Source of the DNA: Macrostomum lignano
Lineage: Eukaryota
DNA length: 64,000 nucleotides
NCBI GenBank assembly: GCA_002269645.1
Contig: NIVC01002217.1
Location: forward strand, 1 to 64,000
Direction of reading: 5' to 3'
The notes under the pieces are model-generated. The model searched no databases, was not told where the DNA came from, and saw only the letters and a list, made by a program, of their open reading frames with translations. Positions 13,055 to 23,849 of this stretch are shown here, in pieces. The position numbers were made by a program, and so were the translations under genes. Position 1 is the first letter of the stretch, and each line of letters opens with the position of its first letter.

Positions 13055-16000
13055 TCAGGGGGACCCGTCGGTCTCGCCTGCAGCGCGGTCCTCCTCACCG
13101 ACGGTGGGGAAGAAATCAGCTCGTCCGGTGTCCCTGAGGTACCGGGCGAGCAGTGGGATGCTCTCGGGCCTGCAAACGTCGGAGAGAACCGGGTTTGGCC
13201 CGAGGTGAGTAAGCCTGGCCCTGGTGAAAACCGGGCAGTGGCAGATAAAATGCTCGGCGTTTTCACTGCCTGAGCGGCAGAAGGGGCACCGCTCCTCGGG
13301 TACTTGGCCCTGAAGGAAGCGGTGGCGAGAGAAGCAGCCATGCCCGGAGAGGGCCATGCTAACTGCTCTGAGGTCTCTGCGGTTGAGCCTGAGGAGGGCT
13401 CTACGCTGGAGAGGAGAGGGACAGGGGACGGCAGCACGGGATTGCCTACAATTCCGGGTGTCGTGCCACCTGCGGAGATGCTCGGAGTCAGCCCAGCGCT
13501 TAACGCGGGAATTGATCACCGAGGCGGGGATGGGGGCACCCGGGCCCGGCCCCAATAGCGCGCCGGCGGAGCCAGCCTTGGCCAGCAGGTCAGCGCGCTC
13601 GTTGCCGAGGAAGCCGGCGTGGCCCGGGATCCATCTGAGCTCCACCTGGTTGCCTAGCGCAAGCCCGTTGAGCTGGGTGTTGCAGTCCAGGACGGACCTG
13701 GAGCTGGCGGTGCTGCGGCAGAGGGCCCGAAGGGCTGCTTGGCTGTCAGAGTGAAAAATAAATTTCCGGCCGCTAAGCTGCCTTCGGCGCAGCTCTGCCG
13801 CGCAGGAGCTGATGGCAAGCACCTCGCTCTGAAAAACACTGGAGTTGAGCCCAGTGTGCTGGGAGTAGCTCCACACCACTTCTCCCTTGAAGAAGACGCA
13901 AGCTCCGAAGCCTGAAAGACCATGCCTCATAGAGCCGTCAGTGTAACAGTGGACTTCAGAGTCGCTCCAGCTGTCACTCGCCTCGTGTCGAGGCTGAATG
14001 GTGACCTTATACCTTTGGCTCAGGAGAAGGGTGGCTGGGATCGAGTCCGTGAGGATGTTGAGCCCGCCACACTCCTCGAGAGCCTTGAGGCAGAGGTCAG
14101 AGTGCGGGATAAGCGACCGCTTCTTAAAGGCCCGCACTTTCTTGAAGGCCACCCCAGCATCCAGAAGACGCCGGGTGCTCTTCGCCGCCTCTCCTTTGAT
14201 ATAAATATCCAAAGGAGGGGCGCAGAGGAAGGCATTCATGCCTTCAAAAGGAGTAGAGGGTGGAGCGCCCATAGTCATGCGGCAGGCTCTGCCCTGGATT
14301 TTGTAGAGAGCGTCGAGGTTGCTCTTGACGCTCAGGCCGCTAGCCCACACGAGGCTGGCGTAACTGATCGAGGGGCGGATGATGGCAGTGTAAATCCACC
14401 ACAGCTTCCTGGGGGTGAGCCCCCAGGTGGTGCCCACGGCGCGCCTGATCTGAGCCAGTACAGCCAGGGCTTTTTTGGCTTTAGTTTGAATGTGCGGAGT
14501 CCAGTTAAGCCTGTGGTCCAGAGTGAGGCCCAGGCAGCGGACCTGCTTCTCCATGGAAATATTCTTTCCATAGAGGGTGAGGGGCTTAATGGTCCAGAGC
14601 AGTTTGTTGGTAAACATGACTGCTGTGGTTTTCGACTCTGAGAGTCTAAGGCCACATTGGTCTGCCCAACGCTCCGCTCGTCCCAGAAAGCCCTGCAGAA
14701 GGTCTCTGATGGTATCAACCGAGGGGCCCGCGCATATCGCGGTCACATCATCGGCATAGCCCACCTTGAGAATGGGGTCGTGGAGATCACTGCAAAGCAA
14801 CTCATCCATGACCATGTTCCAGAGAACGGGGGTGAGAACGCCGCCCTGGGGGCCCCCTTTCAGGACAGGCACCGAAAGAGAGCTGCCGCTCAGGTGGGCC
14901 ACAACAGTGCGGTTTCGGATCATGAACATGATCCACCGGACAAGGTGAGGGTGCGTGGCCCTGGATTCCAGGGCTCTGCAAAAGGCCTCGAAGATGACGT
15001 TGTCGAAGGCCCCCTCAATGTCCAGGAAAAGCGAGAGGGCAAAGCCGCTGCCAAGAACGGCCCTCTCCAGGAAGTCAACAATGACATGGAGAGCACTCTC
15101 GGTTGACCTGCCCGCGCGGAAGGCGTGCTGGTTCTGCGAGAGTGGGAAGCGCTTCAGCTCGACCGAAAGTAGGCGCCAAAGCACCAGTCTCTCGAGGAGC
15201 TTGAGGCAGAAAGAAGTGAGGCTGATAGGCCTGAAGGCCTTCACCGATTGGTAGTCGCTCTTTCCAGGCTTGGGGATAAAGACCACCCGGGCCTCTCTCC
15301 ATGCAACTGGTACATAGCCCAGCTCCATACAAGCTCGAAGGAGACGACAGAGCAGGTCCAGGAAGCGGTGGTTTTTCACCGCCTCGTGCAAGAACGCTGG
15401 GTAGATGCCGTCGGGCCCAGGCGCCTTGAACGGGTTAAAGGACCTTGCCGCTCTAATAATGCGGTCTTTGGTGATCATAGACTTTGCTAGGCCTTGCCCT
15501 CCCACTGTGTGGTCGGGCGGGCCCTGCTGAGTCGGAGATTTAGGGAAAAAACTGTTGAGCATGAGCTCTAGAGTCTCTTCCGAACTCTCTGTGACCGAGC
15601 CGTCAGGTCTCTTCACAACAGAGAGTTTAGAAAAACGGTCATTAGTGAGTGCCTTAACCACGCGGGCTACGGGGCGAGAGCCCTCAAGCCCTTCGCAATA
15701 TTGGCGCCACTTGGCCGTCTTGGCCCTTCTGACTTGGCCCTTAAACTCGTGGATCGCACGGGTATAGGCCTCTCTGTCAGATGGGTCTTTGGTTTTGAGC
15801 GCTCGCCTTTGGAGGGTCCTGGCTCGGCGCCGAAGGGCCCCGAGCTCTGGGTTCCACCAGGGAGCAGATTTCTTGCCTTTATAGGCCTTTAGGGGGCAGG
15901 CTGCTTCAAAGGCAGTGGTGATCGCCCCGCCCAGGGAGGAGGCGAGATCGTCCACCACCTGGCAGTCAGAGAGGTCACTGGGGGGGTCAAGATCCCGAAG

Positions 16001-16759
16001 GCCGCGGCTCAGCTTCGAGCCAAAGGCGGCCCAATCGGTGTTTCTGACGTTCCGACTCCAAGTGACCTTAGGCTTTTGCTTGGTCGGCCCAATGCAAAAG
16101 CGGATAAAGCGGTGGTCCGAGAGCGAGTCCTCGTCCCACACTCGCCAGCCCGTAACTGCGGAAAGCAGTCCGGGTGAGGCGATGGTGGTGTCGATGACTT
16201 CGGCCCACCGCCCATTATTGAACGTTGGTGCATTGCCCACGTTACAGAAGTTGAGGTTAGTGCTGCTGACATAGGCCAGCAGCTCCTCGCCTCTGCTATT
16301 GATGTTCTTGCTGCCCCAATGCAGGTGGTGTGCGTTCACATCCCCTGCAATGAGCAGCTCGAACCGATGGGACGCAGCATAGTCAGTAAGGTTGACTAAC
16401 GCGTCGCAGACAACTGGGGCATCGCCCGGGAAATAGGCAGAAGCTACCAGCACAGGTTTATTGGGAATGAGGTTATTGATTTGAACAACACAGATGTCCC
16501 CAGTCGAGAGATCAGGTCTCATCCATGCCTCAAAAGCTTTTGCAGCAAAGACCAGAGATCTTGGGCGAGGCTGAGAGCCCGCCATGCAAAAACAGTGGTA
16601 GCCAGATGGCACATTATTTGGCTTACCTTTAGTCATCCAGGGCTCCTGTACGAAGACCAGGCCCGGAAGCTGTTGCTCTGCCGTGCGCATCAGGTTGACC
16701 GACGCCGCCACGCAGTGCTGGGTGTTGATCTGCAGACACCAGGTAGTCGTTGGCATCAT
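13055..16759 (-). CDS. LINE ORF2 polyprotein: APE endonuclease, reverse transcriptase, RNase H, C-terminal CCHC motif
   Basis: APE motifs QINTQH, QEPW, GDVNAHH, PTF, SDH; RT motifs KAPGPDGI, FRPISL, LDIEGAFD, PQG, YADD; RNase H motifs YTDGS, SDSQ, WIPGHAG..GNERAD; CPFC-x8-H-x4-C. No internal stops. Confidence 0.96.
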   Translation of the reverse strand: MMPTTTWCLQINTQHCVAASVNLMRTAEQQLPGLVFVQEPWMTKGKPNNVPSGYHCFCMAGSQPRPRSLVFAAKAFEAWMRPDLSTGDICVVQINNLIPNKPVLVASAYFPGDAPVVCDALVNLTDYAASHRFELLIAGDVNAHHLHWGSKNINSRGEELLAYVSSTNLNFCNVGNAPTFNNGRWAEVIDTTIASPGLLSAVTGWRVWDEDSLSDHRFIRFCIGPTKQKPKVTWSRNVRNTDWAAFGSKLSRGLRDLDPPSDLSDCQVVDDLASSLGGAITTAFEAACPLKAYKGKKSAPWWNPELGALRRRARTLQRRALKTKDPSDREAYTRAIHEFKGQVRRAKTAKWRQYCEGLEGSRPVARVVKALTNDRFSKLSVVKRPDGSVTESSEETLELMLNSFFPKSPTQQGPPDHTVGGQGLAKSMITKDRIIRAARSFNPFKAPGPDGIYPAFLHEAVKNHRFLDLLCRLLRACMELGYVPVAWREARVVFIPKPGKSDYQSVKAFRPISLTSFCLKLLERLVLWRLLSVELKRFPLSQNQHAFRAGRSTESALHVIVDFLERAVLGSGFALSLFLDIEGAFDNVIFEAFCRALESRATHPHLVRWIMFMIRNRTVVAHLSGSSLSVPVLKGGPQGGVLTPVLWNMVMDELLCSDLHDPILKVGYADDVTAICAGPSVDTIRDLLQGFLGRAERWADQCGLRLSESKTTAVMFTNKLLWTIKPLTLYGKNISMEKQVRCLGLTLDHRLNWTPHIQTKAKKALAVLAQIRRAVGTTWGLTPRKLWWIYTAIIRPSISYASLVWASGLSVKSNLDALYKIQGRACRMTMGAPPSTPFEGMNAFLCAPPLDIYIKGEAAKSTRRLLDAGVAFKKVRAFKKRSLIPHSDLCLKALEECGGLNILTDSIPATLLLSQRYKVTIQPRHEASDSWSDSEVHCYTDGSMRHGLSGFGACVFFKGEVVWSYSQHTGLNSSVFQSEVLAISSCAAELRRRQLSGRKFIFHSDSQAALRALCRSTASSRSVLDCNTQLNGLALGNQVELRWIPGHAGFLGNERADLLAKAGSAGALLGPGPGAPIPASVINSRVKRWADSEHLRRWHDTRNCRQSRAAVPCPSPLQRRALLRLNRRDLRAVSMALSGHGCFSRHRFLQGQVPEERCPFCRSGSENAEHFICHCPVFTRARLTHLGPNPVLSDVCRPESIPLLARYLRDTGRADFFPTVGEEDRAAGETDGSP

Positions 16760-16808
16760 TGCAGATCGGATGTTGCAGCCGCCAGGAGTTCCTCCTCCTC
16801 CTCGGCGC

Positions 16809-18470
16809 TCACCGGCTTCGGGTCGGGGTCGCCGGTGTCCATGGGCTCTTCTTCAGCAAAAGGCCCCCGATTGGCCGGAAGGCAGTAGGCAGCGTTCGCC
16901 GCCCTTTGCCCACCATCCATGGGGTCCTCCGCCTCAGATTGGCCCAATGCCCTGGAGCAGCCAGCCGCCTGGGCAGGCGGGTCCGTCTCCAGTCGGCCCT
17001 GCCCGAGGGGTTGGGCCCAGCTGGGACGTCCCCACCCTCCCTGGACGAACTGGTGCGCCTAGGCGTCCCGGCGACCTCTCGCCTCAGCTGGGAGATTTTG
17101 GCGGTACGGACTGCCTCAGCTGCACGCTGGTACAGGCCGCGCCGCTTGGTGCTACGCGCCGGGCGTCGGTCGCCTCCGCCCTCAGCAGCGCGCTCAGCTT
17201 TGCCCGCGCGGCCGTGCTGCCGGGCAGGGCGGTTTGCTTTGGCAGTCTGAGCAGAGGCTTGCGCCTCGGCCCCGGCCGCCTCCGCATCCCGCCCGCCCTG
17301 CTCACTGCCACGGGGAGGGTCGGCCTCGTAGGAGCGGATGCGCAGCTTCCAAAGGCCGACGTTGATGAAGCTGCCGTGTGGATAACGCCTCATCCAGGCG
17401 TCCGACAGCCCCAGGATGGCTGTGAAGCCAGTGCCGTCGGTGCGCTTAAGGGTGTCATGCACCACTAGGCCCGCGGCGGGAAGCTCCCGGTTGACTGCTA
17501 GCAGTCCTTTCCGGAGCTCGTCAGCAGAGGTAACAACGCTCCTGGCCGGGACCCAGATTCGATGCCTCTTGGTCCGGGGGCGCTCGTCCTCTCTGCAGAA
17601 GGCTAGGTTGAGGTCCCAGCTCTGCTCGGGCAGCAGCTCAAGGAGCCGCCGACCCGAGTCAGCATCACTGGGCCAAATGAGAAGGCACGAGTCCCTCGTC
17701 GCATTCGAATGAATGTTCAGAGGCGTGCCCTTCAGAGTTTGCTTCCACAGGAGGCCATCAACGGCACTTCTCACCTGCTTCAGCTGATCGGGAGACAGGC
17801 GCGCGTCCTTTCCCAGGATGACAACCGCCGGTTGCCTCTTTGCCGCATCAGCGTAGGAGGCCCAGGGGTCAGTGGAGCTTTCTTCAGGTGGGCTGTCCAC
17901 CCTCCCGGCTGCATCGGCCTCCCTATCCTGGGCAGGGGCTTCCGTGGGCTCGAGGCCCTCTTCCGCCACCGCCCCAGACTGGGAAGCTTCCGCTGCCGCG
18001 GGCCATTGGCCCCTGGCACCGGTTTGGCTTCCGCCCTCCTTGGCCCGCCTCGCCTTGTTAAGTCGACGGCGGGCAGCTCCAGAGGTGGTGCTGCGTTTCT
18101 TAGCAGCTGGAGTAGCAGGTGTCTTCTCGGAGGCACCGCTCAGAGTTGGCTCCACGGGTCTCGCCGAGGCGTCCCCGATGGTAGCAGGTGGTATGGCCGA
18201 GGAGTCCACGGCCCCAGCCGAGGCCGGAGGCACTGTGTCATCCACAGCCGGTTTGTTACTTCGGTTAGAAGCCATTGGCTGGAAGTAAAAAGGTGGGACT
18301 TCCTGCAGAACACAGGCAAAGAGCCGCAAGGCCGCAACCCCAAACCAAGCGGCAGGCCCCCAAAAAGCAAAATACCACCCTGCGGGGGACCCAAAAGCGC
18401 AAGGGGAACCGTTAGCGACCAGACTACTCCCTGGCCAAGCGTCCATCAGCACGGAGTTACACTGGGACAT
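16809..18470 (-). CDS. LINE ORF1 (gag-like); start may be the ATG at 18275 (MASNRSNK); C-terminus may be frameshifted
   Basis: Long ORF directly upstream of ORF2. It has basic and low-complexity flanks and a central globular block (VVILGKD..LLIWPSD..RHRIWVP..NRELPAAG..FTAILGL) resembling the DUF4780-type ORF1 of LOA elements (by eye). No CCHC knuckles. Confidence 0.75.
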   Translation of the reverse strand: MSQCNSVLMDAWPGSSLVANGSPCAFGSPAGWYFAFWGPAAWFGVAALRLFACVLQEVPPFYFQPMASNRSNKPAVDDTVPPASAGAVDSSAIPPATIGDASARPVEPTLSGASEKTPATPAAKKRSTTSGAARRRLNKARRAKEGGSQTGARGQWPAAAEASQSGAVAEEGLEPTEAPAQDREADAAGRVDSPPEESSTDPWASYADAAKRQPAVVILGKDARLSPDQLKQVRSAVDGLLWKQTLKGTPLNIHSNATRDSCLLIWPSDADSGRRLLELLPEQSWDLNLAFCREDERPRTKRHRIWVPARSVVTSADELRKGLLAVNRELPAAGLVVHDTLKRTDGTGFTAILGLSDAWMRRYPHGSFINVGLWKLRIRSYEADPPRGSEQGGRDAEAAGAEAQASAQTAKANRPARQHGRAGKAERAAEGGGDRRPARSTKRRGLYQRAAEAVRTAKISQLRREVAGTPRRTSSSREGGDVPAGPNPSGRADWRRTRLPRRLAAPGHWANLRRRTPWMVGKGRRTLPTAFRPIGGLLLKKSPWTPATPTRSR

Positions 18471-18750
18471 TAGAGGGTGCGTTTATGGTCACACCAGGAC
18501 CCGGCGCCAACGAATCAGCTCGGCAGGGCCCAAGGGGCCTGCCTTAACACCCACGGGACGAGTACCCTTCGAAGTGCGCCTTGCAAGGTGAAAATCAGGA
18601 GACAGAGTCTCTTGAGCTATCAGCCCGCCAGGGGAGGCAGGTGTGAGCATCGCTGGCTGGGATAAAGGCCATACCAGTCTCATACTGCACAGATAGTTCA
18701 CCACGCCATTACGTGCAGGACCCGGGGTCCTGGGGGCAACAGCCCCGGCA

Positions 18751-19435
18751 GGCACTGAGGACTGTCACAGGAAGCACAGGGCACTGAGGACTGTCACAGG
18801 AAGCACAGGGCACTGAGGACTGTCACAGGAAGGACAGGGCACTGAAGACTGTCACAGGAAGCACAGGGCACTGAGGACTGTCACAGGAAGCTCAGGGCAC
18901 TGAGGACTGTCACAGGAAGCACAGGGCACTGAGGACTGTCACAGGAAGGACAGGGCACTGAGGACTGTCACAGGAAGCACAGGGCACTGAGGACTGTCAC
19001 AGGAAGCACAGGGCACTGAGGACTGTCACAGGAAGGACAGGGCACTGAAGACTGTCACAGGAAGCACAGGGCACTGAGGACTGTCACAGGAAGCACAGGG
19101 CACTGAGGACTGTCACAGGAAGCACAGGGCACTGAGGACTGTCACAGGAAGCACAGGGCACTGAGGACTGTCACAGGAAGCACAGGGCACTGAGGACTGT
19201 CACAGGAAGGACAGGGCACTGAGGACTGTCACAGGAAGCACAGGGAATTGAAGACTGTCACAGGAATCACAGGGAACTGAGGACTGTCACAGGAATCACA
19301 GGGCACTGAGGACTGTCACAGGAAGCACAGGGCACTGAGGACTGTCACAGGAAGCTCAGGGCACTGATGACTGTCACAGGAAGCACAGGGCACTGAGGAC
19401 TGTCACAGGAAGCTCAGGGCACTGATGACTGTCAG
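18751..19435 (+). repeat. 29-bp minisatellite, right part of the array split by the LINE
   Basis: Same unit, about 23 copies. Confidence 0.93.
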
Positions 19436-20169
19436 AAATAATCGGCCTTCCTTCTGCTTTATTTGTTCGTGATTATAAATAATCCCACGAATCCCAATTT
19501 AAGTCTGGTACAGAATTAAATTTCGAAGCCAGCTCGGTCACTAAAGAGTGGAGCCACTCAGCATGGCCGCCCAGGTTTGTCCAAAGTATAACAGTCTGAG
19601 CTTCTGAGCTTTAATATTTCAGAGGCCGGGGTGCTGGCAGAGGGTGGGGTAAAGTGGCATCGGGCGTTAATTTTTTATCTCGTCTCCAGTGGAAGCCGCC
19701 CCGGTGCAAAGGCTCTGCTGGAGCTGGCGGAGAGCGTCTACCATGCCGTCATTCCCCCTTGCAGCTTCTCTTCCCCATCCCCAACCGTACTCCCCAATCC
19801 ACCTCGGCGCTTCCCTCTTCCCTTTTCCTGCCTCGCCCGTGATCAGCTGAGGAAGGCGCACAGGGTCTGGGAAAAGCCACTCGGTGTGGATTGGGTCTCC
19901 GGCTGAAGTGGCCGTGGAGACGAACTGAAATAGAAGCAGTAGAGCCGGGAGAAAGCGAGTCGGCTCGTTTAGCGGATCGGCAATTTCAGCCCTCCAATTT
20001 ATTTTCGAGTCTCCTTCGCTCTTGAAATTTATCTGCCCGAGGGCCCAGCGAGTCTCGAATCGAATCAACCTCGGAGATCCCCAGCCGCCCCTGGAGTTTT
20101 TATTCATCCATTGGGAAATTGTAAAACATCTCCTACGGCTGTTAGACTGCAGCGCCACCTGTTGCGGCC

Positions 20170-23100
20170 ATGCTCAACTACCTGAAGCGCCGATTCTCGT
20201 CGGGCGATCTGCAAGGCGAAGGAGCTGACAGTCGGGCACAGCAGGAACAGGAGCTCCAGCAGCAGCAGCAAGAGCAGCAAAAAGAGCAAAAAGAGCAACA
20301 GGAGCAAAAGAAAGCGGAAGCTCGGGAATCGCAGGCAGCCACGCCGGTGCAGCCAAGAAAGTCGGTCTACCCAAGCGCGCCAACGTCGCCATCGAAAACT
20401 GCGCAGCCGGCGCCAACTTCGGCCAGCAGCTTCGCTGGGCAGATCGGCAGCAGCATCATCGGCCGCAGCCTGCTGTTCCACGGCCGGTCGGCCAGCCGGG
20501 ACCGCTGCAAGGTTTTGCTGGTTGTTGACGAGCCGCACACGGATTGGTGAGCCGGCGCAAGGACTACTGAGACTAGATCTGGGCTTTTGGTCCTTGCACA
20601 CCTTATAATTTAGGCCGACACGCAGGCACGCGCTCACACAGGGTGTTACAGCGGCCCTGACTTTCTAGTCATCGATCCGTTTATTTGTGGGCACTAACCG
20701 CGGCGAACTTTGCTTAACTTAGCCTCCCACGGGACCCATTGACTCTGGTGAAGCTTATGTACATGTACATAAGGGCTGATGACGTGACGTACAATTTAAT
20801 CTTGTCTCGAGAGCATAAAAACAGGAAATCCAGCCGGAAGTCGTATGAATTGAACTGCTTCATTTGGAGTGTTTTTTCTTGAGAAATTCCATCATAAAAA
20901 TATTTCCGTCAATTCGCAAACGATGTACTTTAGGCGGTATTTTCTAGATCAATATTTCCGGATACTTGAGCCGATTGGAAAGCTAAATTTCTCCCAGCGC
21001 GTTCATCCCAAGCCCATGATAATTGAGTCGATCGTGAGTCGAGTCTATGAGACTAATGGAATCAAACCTGATTAGCCATGCCAGCACTCTCAGCCCCGCC
21101 CAACCTTATCGCTATGCAATCGATACGACTTCTCTCCGCAGGTCCAAGTACTTTCGCAGTCGCAAAATCCAGTCCGACTGGGATGTTCGAGTGGAACAGG
21201 TGACTTTCTATACTCTAGTCTATGGCCTTGATTGTTGATGGCTACTGGCACTCATTAAACCTGAGTTCGGTTTTTCTGCAGGCTGCATTTTCGGATATCC
21301 GTCTGACGGCCAGTTCAGCTGGCGGCTGTCAGATCAGCGTGGGCTCCGGCAAGTCTGCCAGGTGAGCTGATGGTTCTGCCGTCTCCCTGTCCTTCCTGTG
21401 ACAGTCCTCAGTGCCCTGTCCTTCCCGTGACAGTCCTCAGTGCCCTGTGCTTCCTGTGACAGTCCTCAGTGCCCTGTGCTTCCTGTGACAGTCCTCAGTG
21501 CCCTGTGCTTCCTGTGACAGTCCTCAGTGCCCTGTCCTTCCCGTGACAGTCCTCAGTGCCCTGTGCTTCCTGTGACAGTCCTCAGTGCCCTGTCCTTCCC
21601 GTGACAGTCCTCAGTGCCCTGTGCTTCCTGTGACAGTCCTCAGTGCCCTGTGCTTCCTGTGACAGTCTTCAGTGCTATGTCCTTCCTGTGACAGTCCTCA
21701 GTGCCCTGTCCTTCCTGTGACAGCCCTCAGTGCCCTGTCCTTCCTGTGACAGTCCTCAGTGCCCTGTCCTTCCTGTGACAGTCCTCAGTGCCCTGTCCTT
21801 CCTGTGACAGTCTTCAGTGCCCTGTCCTTCCTGTGACAGTCCTCAGTGCCCTGTCCTTCCTGTGACAGTCCTCAGTTCCCTGAGCTTCCTGTGACAGTCC
21901 TCAGTGCCCTGTCCTTCCTGTGACAGTCCTCAGTGCCCTGTCCTTCCTGTGACAGTCCTCAGTGCCCTGTCCTTCCTGTGACAGTCCTCAGTGCCCTGTC
22001 CTTCCTGTGACAGTCCTCAGTGCCCTGTCCTTCCTGTGACAGTCCTCAGTGCCCTGTCCTTCCTGTGACAGTCTTCAGTGCCCTGTCCTTCCTGTGACAG
22101 TCCTCAGTGTCCTGTCCTTCCTGTGACAGCCCTCAGTGCCCTGTCCTTCCTGTGACAGTCTTCAGTGCCCTGTCCTTCCTGTGACAGTCTTCAGTGACCT
22201 GTGCTTCCTGTGACAGTCCTCAGTGCCCTATGCTTCCTGTGACAGTCCTCAGTGCCCTGTGCTTCCTGTGACAGTCCACAGTGCCCTGTGCTTCCTGTGA
22301 CAGTCCTCAGTGCCTGTCTTCCTGTGACAATCCTCAGTGCCCTATGCTTCCTGTGACAGTCCCCAGTGCCCTGTGCTTCGCGTGACAGTCCTCAGTGCCC
22401 TGTCCTTCCTGTGACAGTCCTCAGTGCCCTGAGCTTCCTGTGACAGTCCTCAGTTCCCTGTGCTTCCTGTGACAGTCCTCAGTGCCCTGTGCTTCCTGTG
22501 ACAGTCCTCAGTGCCCTGTGCTTCCTGTGACAGTCCTCAGTTCCCTGTGCTTCCTGTGACAGTCCTCAGTGCCCTGTGCTTCCTGTGACAGTCCTCAGTT
22601 CCCTGTGCTTTCTGTGACAGTCCTCAGTTCCCTGTGCTTCCTGTGACAGTCCTCAGTGCCCTGTGCTTCCTGTGACAGTCCTCAGTTCCCTGTGCTTCCT
22701 GTGACAGTCCTCAGTGCCCTGTGCTTCCTGTGACAGTCCTCAGTGCCTGTCTTTCTGTGACAGTCCTCAGTTCCCTGTGCTTCCTGTGACAGTCCTCAGT
22801 GCCCTGTGCTTCCTGTGACAGTCCCCAGTGCCCTGTGCTTCCTGTGACAGTCCTCAGTGCCCTGTCCTTCCTGTGACAGTCCTCAGTGCCCTGAGCTTCC
22901 TGTGACAGTCCTCAGTGCCCTGTGCTTCCTGTGACAGTCCTCAGTGCCCTGTGCTTCCTGTGACAGTCCTCAGTGCCCTGTCCTTCCTGTGACAGTCCTC
23001 AGTTCCCTGTGCTTCCTGTGACAGTCCTCAGTGCCCTGTGCTTCCTGTGACAGTCCTCAGTGCCCTGTGCTTCCTGTGACAGTCCTCAGTTCCCTGTGCT

Positions 23101-23780
23101 TCCTGTGACAGTCCTCAGTGCCCTGTGCTTCCTGTGACAGTCCTCAGTTCCCTGTGCTTTCTGTGACAGTCCTCAGTTCCCTGTGCTTCCTGTGACAGTC
23201 CTCAGTGCCCTGTGCTTCCTGTGACAGTCCTCAGTTCCCTGTGCTTCCTGTGACAGTCCTCAGTGCCCTGTGCTTCCTGTGACAGTCCTCAGTGCCTGTC
23301 TTTCTGTGACAGTCCTCAGTTCCCTGTGCTTCCTGTGACAGTCCTCAGTGCCCTGTGCTTCCTGTGACAGTCCCCAGTGCCCTGTGCTTCCTGTGACAGT
23401 CCTCAGTGCCCTGTCCTTCCTGTGACAGTCCTCAGTGCCCTGTGCTTCCTGTGACAGTCCTCAGTGCCCTGTGCTTCCTGTGACAGTCCTCAGTGCCCTG
23501 TGCTTCCTGTGACAGTCCTCAGTGCCCTGTCCTTCCTGTGACAGTCCTCAGTTCCCTGTGCTTCCTGTGACAGTCCTCAGTGCCCTGTCCTTCCTGTGAC
23601 AGTCCTCAGTGCCCCACCCTTTCTTCTAAATGCTCATTTAAATTCCTGATAAACGTCAACCCCCCTCCAGAGTCCTTTTCGATGGACTGTAGATCAGAGT
23701 CTTGGCGCCAGCCCAGTCTCATCTTCCATCCATACGAGGCTTCATCACTTTAATGTTTGCTCAGTAAGCACTAAAAGCGG

Positions 23781-23849
<69 letters not shown>

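Larger units (their letters stand above)
12941..18750 (-). mobile_element. Full-length non-LTR retrotransposon (LINE), LOA/I-group-like, two ORFs
   Basis: ORF1 plus a 1234-aa APE-RT-RNaseH ORF2. The 3' tail is AAGTC-AAGT-AAGTC (minus strand, ~12941-12956). GGCACTGAGGACT occurs at 12928-12940 and 18751-18763, consistent with a target-site duplication. The same 29-bp array lies on both sides. Confidence 0.93.

Noticed and set aside
13040-18473. Plus-strand ORFs over the LINE (e.g. 13922-14641, 16683-17468, 17709-18473)
   Set aside because: They are antisense shadows of GC-rich ORF1/ORF2 with no recognisable motifs.
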